This document shows, one piece after another, positions 49,607 to 62,000 of a stretch of 64,000 nucleotides of DNA. Under the pieces are notes generated by a model. The model was given only the letters and a program-made list of their open reading frames with translations. It searched no databases and was not told the DNA's origin. Both the position numbers and the translations under genes were made by a program. The DNA lies in the IMG/VR virus record IMGVR_UViG_3300027736_001324, positions 1 to 64,000 of that record. One strand, written 5' to 3'. Each line of letters begins with the position of its first letter. Position 1 is the stretch's first letter.

Positions 49607-52600
49607 ATGGCTACAAGTTCAAGACAATCAGCATTATTCGGGGTAAATGACTGGAAAGCCATCTACCAAACCTTTCAACAGGCAGATTTTAGAAGTTTTG
49701 ATTATGAAACATTACGCAAGACTTTTATAGATTACTTGCGTATATATTATCCTGAAACGTTTAACGATTACATTGAAAGTTCAGAATTTATTGCCCTACT
49801 TGACGTTATAGCATTTATGGGACAGGGTCTTGCCTTCCGCAACGATTTAAATGCCCGTGAAAACTTCATGGACACTGCTGAACGTAGAGATTCAGTTATC
49901 AAATTAGCTAATCTAGTAAGCTATACACCCAAACGAAATCTTACTTCACAGGGTTATTTAAAAGTCACTAGTATCAGCACTACACAAAATATTACAGATT
50001 TGAATGGATTTAACTTAAGCAATACTACAATATTGTGGAATGATCCTGCAAATTCATATTGGTTAGAACAATATAATACCATTATTAATGCTGCTTTAGT
50101 AAACACACAACGAGTTGGTGTGCCAGGTAATTCAGCACAGATTCTTGGAGTTAAGACAGACGAATATACTATACAAATTCCTGCAGGTAGCTTGCCTGCA
50201 ATTCCGTTTTCAAATAATGTTAACGGAATGAATATGAATTTTGAATTGTGTAGTGTAACTACTGTGGGTGAAGATTATGTTTATGAATTACCGCCCGCAC
50301 CCACAAACAGATTCAATATGTTATATCGTAATGACAAACTTGGGTACGGTAGTCCAAATACTGGATTTTTCTTTTACTTCAAACAAGGCACGTTGCAAAA
50401 CTTTGATTTTGTTTTACAAAATCAAATATCTAATCAAACAATTGATATAGATATTCAAGGTGTTAACAATACCGATACTTGGTTATATCAAATAAGCCAG
50501 GCAAATGGATTGTTTGGATTGTGGAAACAAGTAGAAAATGTTTATGCAAATGCATATCTTCAAAGAGAAGCCAGTATCAATAAAATATTTTCAGTTGGCA
50601 GTAGGTTTAACGACCAAGTAAGTTATATATTTGGTGATGGGGTTTTCAGTGAAATACCAGTGGGTAATTTTAGAGCATATGTTCGTGCTGGCAACGCATT
50701 AACATATACGATTGACCCAACACAAATGCAAGGCATTAGTGTTAACATCAACTATGTAAGTAGAGTTGGTCGTATTGAAACATTAACACTTCAGCTAGCA
50801 TTACAACTTCCTGTGTCAAATGCACAAGTTCGTGAATCATTGGCTGATATTAAACAACGTGCTCCAAGTCGTTATTATACTCAAAATCGCATGGTTAATG
50901 GAGAAGATTATAATAACTTCCCATACACCTTGTATAGTTCAATTATTAAATCAAAAGCTATCAATCGTAGTAGTGTTGGTATAAGTAAGAATTTAGATTT
51001 ATTAGATCCGACTGGAAAATATTCTAGTACTAATAGTTTTGCAAATGACGGCGGAATATATTTAAATAACAATGAAGGTAATGCATTATTGGTGGTTAAT
51101 AGCACCAGTGATATTATTACGTTCTTAACCGGAACACTAACTACTATATTACAAGATAATAGGTCTTTGCAATATTATCTTCAATATTATACAAGATATA
51201 ATATCAATACTGCATCGGGCGATGGTACTACTTATTGGCAAACCAAAACAGTTAATGCTAATAGTATGACTGGTTATTTTTATAACATTGTTAACGGCGG
51301 AGAGAATCCAATACCAGTTGGAACTTACTCAACATACAATGCAAAGTACATAACAAAAGGCGCAATGCTAAAATTTACAGCACCGTCTGGTTATTATTTT
51401 GATGTTAATAATAGATTAGTAAATGGTGTCGCTAGCCCATCCGACGCCACATACATTTGGACTACTGTTTTAAATGTTATTGGTGACGGATATAATAATG
51501 GCGCCGGCGGATTTGCTAACGGTACCGGTCCAATAACATTAAATGCCTACGTCCCTGTTGGTGCTATATTATCTGTAGTAATCCCATCATTTAGTAATTC
51601 ATTGCCTAATTCTGTAATCAATGAGTGTATGACTCGTATTGATTTACAACAAGACTTTTCATTAGTATTCAATAACTCATTAACTATTGCACAAAATCGT
51701 TGGAGTGTTGAAGCATATAATGCAAATAATTATTTTGTTAATTTTAATAGTACAGGATACAATAGATATACAGTAACATATCGTTCATTGATTTATTATT
51801 TTGGTAGTGTAGCAGACACTAGATTTACTTATGAAGCAGGTAAATTAGTATATGATCCATTTACCGGTAAGATACTACAAGATTATGTAAATATGTTAGT
51901 AACAAATACTCAACCAAATTCTAACTATCCGTTAAACCAAGCTATCGCAGCTAGCATTATTGGACAAACAGTTCAATCAAATGGATATATTAATGATTTT
52001 GAAATTGAGGTTGCATGTATTGATACAAACGACAGAACCATAATACAAAATCCAGATTTCTTTAATGAGGTAACCGGGTATGTTACCGGTAATACTAATA
52101 TCGGTATCTATGCTTTCTTTGAAGAAGTTCAAGATGCTATCAACTTAACTAGTTATCAATTGATAGCATCATCTGATGTGATATATCAATATCCAACACA
52201 AACACAAGTAGAAGTTGTAAAATATGAATATCCAGTTGGTCAACTATTCTATGCTTACACAGATAATGTATTTTACATAACTGTACAAGATCCTACAATT
52301 ATTACTCCTTATTATACTTTAGTTGCACAACCGCAATATAGTATGAAACCAGGTCGTCAAGGATTACAATTCCAATATCGTCATAACAGTAATAACACTA
52401 CTCGTATTGATCCTGCCACAACTAATATTATTGATTTGTATGTAGTTACACAGGCATATTATACTCAGTATCAAAATTGGATACAAGATACTACTGACAC
52501 AGTTCCTATGCCAACTAGACTCACTATAAATGAGTTAAGTCAAAGTTATCCTAAAATACAAGATTATAAAATGTTAAGTGATAGTGCTATTTTAAATAGT

Positions 52601-52978
52601 GTTGTGTTTAAGCCATTGTTTGGACCTAAAGCAGCAGCAGCATTAAGAGGCACAATTAAAGTTATTAAGAATTCTAATACAAACGCCAGCGATAGTGAAA
52701 TTCGTAGTGCAGTGTTAGCATCAATGGATGATTATTTTAATATTAATAATTGGAATTTTGGAGACACGTTTTATTTTAGTGAATTGAGTGCATATATTCA
52801 TAATCAGATAGGAGAATACGTTAGTTCTTGCGTATTAGTACCAAATGATCCTACAATGGCATTTGGTGATTTGTATGAAATTAAATGTTTACCATATGAG
52901 ATATTTGTAAATGCAGCAACAGCAAATGATGTAATAGTTATTGCTGCCCTTACACCCGCCGAATTACAGATAGCATAA
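49607..52978 (+). CDS. gp6: Baseplate wedge protein, gp6-like
   Basis: FDYETLR...FNDYIESSE, ENFMDTAERRDS, FGDG, QNRMVNGEDY motifs. Confidence 0.85.
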   Translation: MATSSRQSALFGVNDWKAIYQTFQQADFRSFDYETLRKTFIDYLRIYYPETFNDYIESSEFIALLDVIAFMGQGLAFRNDLNARENFMDTAERRDSVIKLANLVSYTPKRNLTSQGYLKVTSISTTQNITDLNGFNLSNTTILWNDPANSYWLEQYNTIINAALVNTQRVGVPGNSAQILGVKTDEYTIQIPAGSLPAIPFSNNVNGMNMNFELCSVTTVGEDYVYELPPAPTNRFNMLYRNDKLGYGSPNTGFFFYFKQGTLQNFDFVLQNQISNQTIDIDIQGVNNTDTWLYQISQANGLFGLWKQVENVYANAYLQREASINKIFSVGSRFNDQVSYIFGDGVFSEIPVGNFRAYVRAGNALTYTIDPTQMQGISVNINYVSRVGRIETLTLQLALQLPVSNAQVRESLADIKQRAPSRYYTQNRMVNGEDYNNFPYTLYSSIIKSKAINRSSVGISKNLDLLDPTGKYSSTNSFANDGGIYLNNNEGNALLVVNSTSDIITFLTGTLTTILQDNRSLQYYLQYYTRYNINTASGDGTTYWQTKTVNANSMTGYFYNIVNGGENPIPVGTYSTYNAKYITKGAMLKFTAPSGYYFDVNNRLVNGVASPSDATYIWTTVLNVIGDGYNNGAGGFANGTGPITLNAYVPVGAILSVVIPSFSNSLPNSVINECMTRIDLQQDFSLVFNNSLTIAQNRWSVEAYNANNYFVNFNSTGYNRYTVTYRSLIYYFGSVADTRFTYEAGKLVYDPFTGKILQDYVNMLVTNTQPNSNYPLNQAIAASIIGQTVQSNGYINDFEIEVACIDTNDRTIIQNPDFFNEVTGYVTGNTNIGIYAFFEEVQDAINLTSYQLIASSDVIYQYPTQTQVEVVKYEYPVGQLFYAYTDNVFYITVQDPTIITPYYTLVAQPQYSMKPGRQGLQFQYRHNSNNTTRIDPATTNIIDLYVVTQAYYTQYQNWIQDTTDTVPMPTRLTINELSQSYPKIQDYKMLSDSAILNSVVFKPLFGPKAAAALRGTIKVIKNSNTNASDSEIRSAVLASMDDYFNINNWNFGDTFYFSELSAYIHNQIGEYVSSCVLVPNDPTMAFGDLYEIKCLPYEIFVNAATANDVIVIAALTPAELQIA

Positions 52979-53006
52979 GTAATATATAACATAAAGAATT
53001 TTAAAG

Positions 53007-56000
53007 ATGGCAACAAGAATTAGAACATTAAATTTCTTACCAGAGATATTTAAAACAGAAACCAATGCTCAGTTTCTAGCAGCAACGCTAGATCAGTTAG
53101 TATCACAACCTAATACTAAAAAGATAGAAGGATATGTTGGTAGTAAATTTGGTTATGGAATTAATGCTAATGATTATTATGTTACTGAACCAACAAAGAT
53201 AAGAACAGATTATCAATTAGAACCAGGGGTTGCTTTCTTAAAAGAAAATGATACCACCGCTACAGATTTTATTAGTTATCCTGGTATAATTGATTCACTA
53301 AAATTAGAAGGTGCATTAACGGATAACAACAATAGATTATTCAATAGTGAATTTTATTCATGGGATTCATTTACTAATTTAGATAAGATTATTAACTTTA
53401 ACCAATATTATTGGTTGCCAACAGGGCCTGAGCGTGTAGTTGTTGCCACCGATATTGTATATAATTCAGCAGCATATGTAGTTCAGAGTTTATCAAATGA
53501 ATATTTAATATCTTCTGAAACACTTACTACTCCTAGTTCTAATCCATCACTAACCTTATTGAGAGGGGGTACATATACATTTACTGTTAATCAAAATAGT
53601 CAATTCTGGATTCAAGGCGTCCCGGGCGTTACTGGATATAGCCCAACACAACGCAATGTACAAACTCGTGATGTATACGGAGTTACTAATAACGGAGCAG
53701 AAAATGGCATAGTAACATTTACTGTACCACAAAAAGATGCACTTAATGAATATAATTTTCCGCTTGGGCCGAGCATTGGAGTAATATCTACTCTCCCTTT
53801 CAGTGAAGTTAACGGAGCATTAGTAAATGATATTGGTGGAATTGACGGAGTAACCGCACTAAACGGATTAACCGTGATGTTTTACAATACAGGCATTGAA
53901 GATGAAATTGCTTATGTAAATCAATTTTATGATCAAACTACATATGATCAAGATGGGGGAGTAGCTTATGACTCCTTAGTTGATTATCCCGGTACATCAA
54001 TATTTAATAACAATTATGAAGGTGGATATTACACTACAGTAAACGCTAATTTTTATACAATAACTTTATTAGGTGATCAATCTAATCCGCAAATTCAATT
54101 GACCCCAACTGCACCTATACCAAATAATCAAATAATAACACCTTTGTTTGGTACTCAATTTGCTGATATAGGATTTTACAGAAATAGTATAGGAACCATA
54201 TCACCTATCCCATACAATAGTGCAATATTAGATAGACTATATTATCAAGATGGTTCTAATCCAAATAAAGTTGGGGTATTAAAGATTGTAGATAGTAATG
54301 TTACTAATACGTTAAACATCTTAACTCAAATTTTAGGTAGATCAACCTATACTGCACCAAATGGAGTGGTGTTTAGTAATGGATTAAAAGTTTTATTTCA
54401 GGGTGATATATATCCAGAAAGTTATAACAACGTAGAATATTATGTTGAGGGTGTGGGCACTGCTATTGAATTAATACCAGTAACAACTTTAGTTACCCCG
54501 GGGTTGTTCTCTGAAGGCACATACATCCCATATGATACATTAGCATATGATGTTGGTAATTATGATTCAAGTTTAAATATTCCAGTTGAACAAGATTATA
54601 TAACTATTGCTAGAAATGCAATTAATAAAAATGCATGGTCAAGAAGTAATCGTTGGTTCCACATTGATGTGATACGTGCTACTGCTTTGTATAACAACAG
54701 TCCCGACTTGGTTACTCAACTGGCTACTTTGAATAATAAAGCAAACCGTCCAATTATTGAATTTTATCCAAACTTAAGATTATTTGATTCAGGGGCATAT
54801 GGAAAACCTCCAATAGATTTCTTAGATACCCGTACTACTGATGCGTTTAGTCAAGTAGCCGGACAAACTAACTATTACCCTGACGTTGCTGGATACACTA
54901 CATACAATGCAACTATTGCACCAGTCACCGGTGCAATTACTACTAAAACCGCAACATCAACTACTGCGGTATCAAATGAAATCACTTTAAATAATACAAC
55001 CGGTGTTCATATTAATGATACCATTGTGTTTGGTGGTACAGTATTTGGTGGAATTGCTTCTGGCACTACTTACTACATTACTAATGTTATTGGTAATAAT
55101 ATTACAATATCAACTACTAAATTAGGAACTAGTCTTTCATTAACAACTAGTAGTGGAACAATGACTACTAGTATATATCCATATAGTACAACAATCACAA
55201 TCCCAACTAGTGATGTGTCCGGATTATTTGAAGTTGGTCAGTATATATCTGATTCTACAAATTTATTACCAACAATTACTTTTATTACAGATGTGACTAC
55301 AGTAAGTACAGATACTGTTATAACAGTCTCATGGGATAAAACAAATGCAACTGTTTCAGCAACTTCAGTAGCATCAGTAGTTACGGCTGATACTCCTTTA
55401 TCTAACTATGCATTGTTTGAGGGTTCTCGTGTTGTTTTTGCATCAGATACTAACTTAGAAGTTAGAAACAAAATATATGTTTCACATTTTTCTACCATCT
55501 CAGGTTCTTCTACTCCAATCATTACTCTTACTGAAGCAGAAGATGGTTTAGTATTGGCTGATGAACAAACTGCTGTATATAGAGGGTATACTAATAGAGG
55601 TAAAGACTTTTATTTTGACGGACTTTATTGGAATGCCGGACAACAAAAAACAAATGTAAATCAGCCACCTAAATTTGATGTGCTGGATAGCAATAATATA
55701 AGTTTTGGTAATCCAGAATATTATTTAGGTACCTCATTTACAGGATGTACATTATTTGCATTTGGTATTGGTACTGGTGCAAATGATTCTGTTTTGGGAT
55801 TCCCGTTGCGTTATAGTTCTGTAGATAACGTGGGTGATATAAGTTTTGATGTTACATTAAATAGTCAAACTTTTACTTATGTAGATGGAACTTCCCCGAT
55901 TACACAAAATGTAAACACCGGCTATATATTTAATTACCTAACTAGAACTGAGTATGTAAGAGAATTGGGATGGCAAACAGCAGTATCACCTAGTGTACAA

Positions 56001-59000
56001 TATCAAGTATTTGAATTTAATTGGAACCTTATAGATTTAAATCCAGAGTTTGTTTGTGATGTTTCTGCTACCTATAGCATCCCAACTAACTGGCCATTAG
56101 TTCAAGTTTATATCAACAACACATATTTGCCGTCTACTGATTATACTGTTACTATTACTGATACTACTACTACTATAGATATCCCTATTTTTACTATTAA
56201 TAGTATAGAAACCGTTATTCAAGTTTTGGTATTGAGCGATCAAGTAAGTAAAACTGCATATTATCAAACCCCTATCAATTTGAATAATAATCCTTTAAAT
56301 CAGGATATTACTACTGCTAATATTGGTGATATACGCGGACAATATCAAAGTATATTCTTCAATAATCCAAACACAACCGGAGAAGTATTTGGTCCTAACA
56401 ATTATCGTGATTTAGGTAATCTAGTTCCATGGGGCAATAGAATAATTCAAAATGGTGCCTCATTAGTATTACCTGGCGCCTTCTTACGCAAACAAAATCA
56501 TAATTTGTTTAACTCAATATTGTATAATAGCAGACAATATATTGGTTTTAAAAACTTATTAATAGATACAGTTAACACTACTGATTACAGTTATTACATG
56601 ACAGCAGCAGCAATGCTTGATGATGCATTAGATAAAATGAATGCTCCGCGTACTGATAGTGATTCATTCTTTTGGAGCGATATGTTGCCACAGAAGGCAC
56701 CGTATATTACCAACACTTATAGTTTTGCAAATTCTTTAGATGTAAGTATCTATCCATTAAGTACCATCTATAATTATGCTACTGCAAATTACAATGGAAT
56801 ATTGGTATATTTAGTTCGCAATGGGGTTCAAACTCAGTTGATAAAAAATGTTGATTATACAATAAGTTCAACTTCGCCGGCATTGACTGTTACTAAAGAT
56901 TTATTGCAAAATGACCAGATCATCATCAATGAATATAATCAAACATACGGGAGTTTTGCACCAAATACTCCTACTAAATTGGGATTGTATCCAGCAACTA
57001 TACCTAATGTAACTTTAGATACTGCTTATGTTGTACCAACATATTTTATAGTTGGGCATGATGGTTCATATAATAAGTTATATGGAGAATATAATTCAGT
57101 AACTGGAAAGTTAGAAGATTTTAGAGATCAGGTATTACTTGAGTTTGAAACTCGTGTTTATAATAATTTAAAATTAAGCAACACTATTCCAATACAAGCA
57201 TATGAAGTATTGCCTGGCTTCTTTAGAAATACAGGATATTCATATGCTGAGTTTTTGCAAATATATAGTGAATCATTTTTAAATTGGGTAGGTCAGAACA
57301 GGGTTGATTATAAAACACAATTATATTCAGTTAATGGAAAATATTCCTACAACTATACTAATAGTGGCAATAGAATAAATGGAGAACCCATTGAACAAGG
57401 ATATTTTAGAGGGATGTATCTATTCTATTATGATACAAGCACCCCAAACGTTACTCCATGGGAAATGTTAGGATATGCTAATCAACCAACTTGGTGGGAA
57501 ACACGTTACGGTCCAGCACCATACACAAGTGATAACTTAGTATTGTGGGGAGATTTGGCAGCCGGTGAAGATTGGGGAACTATTAACCCAGTTACTGGTC
57601 GCGGTGTTGTATTGCCTAGATATGTCCGTAATGGGTTGTTAAATATATTGCCAGTTGACAGTAGTGGAAATTTGGTTCCCCCATTAGATTCTGTTGTGGG
57701 TAATTATGATGAAAACACTTTCAGAAACAATTGGCAAGTGGGTGATGTAGGTCCTACTGAGTTTAGTTATCGTAGAAGTAGTTCATGGCCATTTGATTTG
57801 ATGCGTATATTAGCATTAACTAAACCGGCTGAATTCTTTAATTTAGGAGTGGATGTTGACAATTACAAATACAATAGTGAATTTGATCAATATCTAGTTA
57901 ATAACAGAAGCCACCTGGTAGTTAACAATATTCCAATATATGGAAATGGAACTCCCGCAACTAGTTATATCAATTGGATAGTTGACTTTGAAAAACAAGT
58001 CGGGGTTGATGCAACTACAAATATTACTACATTATTAGACAATTTAGATGTTCGTTTAGTATATCGTTTAGCTGGGTTTAGTGATAAAAACTTATTAAAG
58101 TTCTATGTTGAAAAAAGTTCAGCAAACAGTAACAACAGTTCATTGTTAATTCCTGATGAAAGTTATAGCGTTTTATTATATGATAATCAAGCATTTGATA
58201 GAATTGTGTATAGTGGTGTGGTTATACAAATCGCAACAATTGATAATGATCCTTTAAAGGGAACATGTTTTAGAATATTTGGCAATTCACAAACTAATGC
58301 ATACTTTAAAATATTAGCCCCTAGCTACGGTGGGCAAACTGAAAGAGTTACGGTTGAGGGAGTCACTGTAACAATTGCCAATACTTATAGCAATACTGTA
58401 CAAGTAGTTCCATATGGTACAACATTTTATACTGTGCAAGAAGTTGCTCAATTCTTGTCTAGTTACGGAAAATATTTAGAAAATCAAGGTGTAAAATTTG
58501 ATCAAATAGAAAATGGAGTGCCGGTTAACTGGTCACAAATGATTGCTGAATTTTTATATTGGTCACAAACTGGATGGGATGTAGGAAGTATCACTACATT
58601 AAATCCATCCGCTAATACATTTACAGTTAACAAAGATAGTTATATTGTTCAGCCACTAACATTTAGACAATTGAATTTTGTATTAAATCAAAACTTATAT
58701 CCAATTCAATCTGTTGATTTATCTGTAGTTCGTAATGGTACTATTTTTGATGCAACTCCATTAAATCAAGGTGATACAATTGCATACGGACAATTTAATA
58801 TTAGTAATATTGAACATGGTGTTGTGTTTGATAATGTAACCTTGTTCAATGATATCATTTATAATCTAGTTACTGGATTGCGTCAAAATAGAATTTATCT
58901 TCGTGGAACAAAGACTGCTGATTGGGACGGCACAATGGATGCATATGGTTTCATCCTTAACCAAGACAATATTGTTGAATGGTCCAGAGAAGTAAAATAT

Positions 59001-62000
59001 TCTAAAGGGTCAATTGTAAAATATAAAAACAAATATTGGACAGCACTAACAATAATTCAAGCAAAAGAACTGTTTGATGAACGTGACTGGAGAAGAACCG
59101 ATTACAATGAAATACAAAAGGGTTTATTGCCTAATAGCCAAACTCGTTCATACGAAAGCACATTATATTATGATATAAACAATGCCAATTTAGAAAATGA
59201 TGCGGACTTATTAAGTTTCAGTTTAATTGGATATCGTCCAAGAGATTATATGGCGTTAGCTGACCTTACTGATATCACACAAATCAATGTTTATCAAAAC
59301 ATGATTAAAGATAAAGGCACACTAAATGCTGCCAGCGCATTTAAAGGCGCAACATTAGCACAGGGTGGAATTGACTATGATTTATATGAAAATTGGGCAA
59401 TAAAATCAGGTGAGTTTGGTGGAATATTAAATGATAACTTTATTGAATTCCAATTAAAACAAAGCGAATTAACAGGCAATCCTTCTATTGTTGGTTTAAC
59501 TAATGGGGTGCCAAATGCCGGAGTACAACAAGAAGTACCTATATACTCTATTACAAATTACGGTAGACAAATCAACAACGTTGATGTATTGCCTACAATT
59601 GAACCAACAAGCCCATCTACATTATTACCTAGTGCTGGCTATGTTAATTTCAACGATGTTAAGATGGCAAGTTATTTCTATTCTGGATTATCTAGTGCTA
59701 TTAATTCAGTTGGAACATTAATCCCAATTAATAAGTTCTATGTGCGTGACTATGCATGGCTAGCAAATTATCTATCTGAATGGAAAATATTTACTCCTGC
59801 AAGTTTGGGCGCCGTTACAAATGCAAAAAATAATTTAAATAACACAGTAACAATTACTTTCAGTCAGGCACATAATTTAAGTCGTTATCAATTATTTGCA
59901 ATCGTTAATTTTGATGCAAGTATTAATAATTATTATATTGTTGCAGCAGTGGTTGATCCATTCAATGTCATTATCAACCTTGCACTAAACCCTAGCATAC
60001 GTAATATTACTGGGTTGGGAATTGGATTTAAACTGCAAAATCAACGGGTAGCAACTGCACCTGAAATTGGCGATCTACCATTGCTAGATAACGAATTTAA
60101 TAAATTAAAAGTTTGGGTTGATACAAATAATGATGGCAGTTGGGCTGTATTCCGTAAGAGTTTAAATTATCAATTTGAAAAAGAAATACTAAATTCAGCT
60201 AGTCAATCATTTGGTAGCGCAGTAGCATACACGACTGACATGGGTTATCTAATCGGTGATGCAGATGCAGGTGAAGTTTACAGATATAAGTACGATCCAA
60301 TCACTGATTCATATTTGTTAAATCAAACATTAAGTAATGGAACATCTTTTGGTTCTACTATTTCTTATACAGACGACTTGTTTGTTATATCTGAACCAAC
60401 CGATGCTAGCAATGTTTATATATATCAATTAATTACTACCTTGTTAGTTAATACCATTGATTTGTATCAGACAATTGCTGCACCACTCGGCGTAACAAAT
60501 TGGGGTAGTTCTACTACATTATCAGGTGATAAGAATTGGTTATACATATCTGACATTGACAATAATAGTGTTCATGTTTATCGTAAGTCAACTATTACTG
60601 ATTTATATGAGCCTGAATATATTATTGACGGTGATGCGTTAAGTTTAACTTCGGCCGGGGATGACTTTGGTTATTCTATCTCTACTGATTATTATGGTGA
60701 CACCGTAGTAATTGGCACTCCGTTTAAAAATTACAATGGTGCAACAGAAAACTACGGGTATACATATGTATTTGATAGAACAGTTCAAAACTTTGAAATA
60801 CAAAATACTAGTCAACGGTATATTCCTTTACCGTTGTCATTAGCATGGACTCCTACCACAGTGACACAAACAGCCACTGCTACAGATAGTACTACAGACA
60901 GGATTACAGTTACTAGTAGTGCTGGGTTTAGTGTAGGAGATCCTGTAATATTTTCCGGCACATTATTATCATCTGGCGCATTAGGTGAGAATATTGTTTA
61001 TTATGTTTATGATAAACCATCAGCAACTACTTTCAGAGTTGCATTGACTCGTGACGCAATTTCCCCAATTCAATTGAATACAGAATCTGGCGGCAGCATG
61101 GTAGTTACTGTACAAACCACTCCATTGTTTGTTACAATTAACGGAACTCTAATTGAAGATAATAACTATGCTGTTATTGGTTCAGTATTGTATATGTATA
61201 GTAGTTCTACTCCATTATTAAATGCAGGTGATATTGTTAATGTTAGTGGTATAAATTTTGTGTTAGCACAAACACTAGATAACGGGCAAGCACCAAGAGT
61301 TGGGGTTGAATTTGGAACAAGTGTAGATACTAACAAGTTTGCAAATGAAATATTAGTCGGCGCACCATTTGAATTGAACAGTAAAAATTATGAAGGTGCG
61401 GTACATAGATTCACCAATGGTGGAGAAAGTTACGGTATAATTATAGGCACTAGTGACTGCAATATAACTACACCTAGAAATATTTTATTAAATGGATATA
61501 GTGTTTCATTGCCGGTTGGTAATGCTACTGCCGCGGCACAAGCAATTAATTTAACACAGGTAACTAATGTTAATGCAACTGCATTAGATGGCAAATTAAT
61601 CATTCAATTAATAAACATTGACATAAGCACCCCGAACAATAAACTATCATTGACCGCGGTAGAATCTGTTACGTTTGCTGAGTTAGGCATAAATGTCTTT
61701 ACAGAAACACAAGTAGTAACTTGTCCACACCCTACAGGAAGAACACAATTTGGTACAACAATAAAATTTGATAAATCTAATTCAGGTTCATTTATATCAA
61801 GCGCACCAGTTGGAGCAAGATTTGCCGCTACTACGTTTGACTTCACAGATGATGAGTTAGACAATGATACAGTATTTGACAATAACGCAACACAATGGGT
61901 TGATACATTCCGTAATGCAGGTGCAGTATATATGTTTGATTACTTATCTACATATAATGAAAGTTTATCTGCACCGGGCAAATTTGTATATGCACAGAGC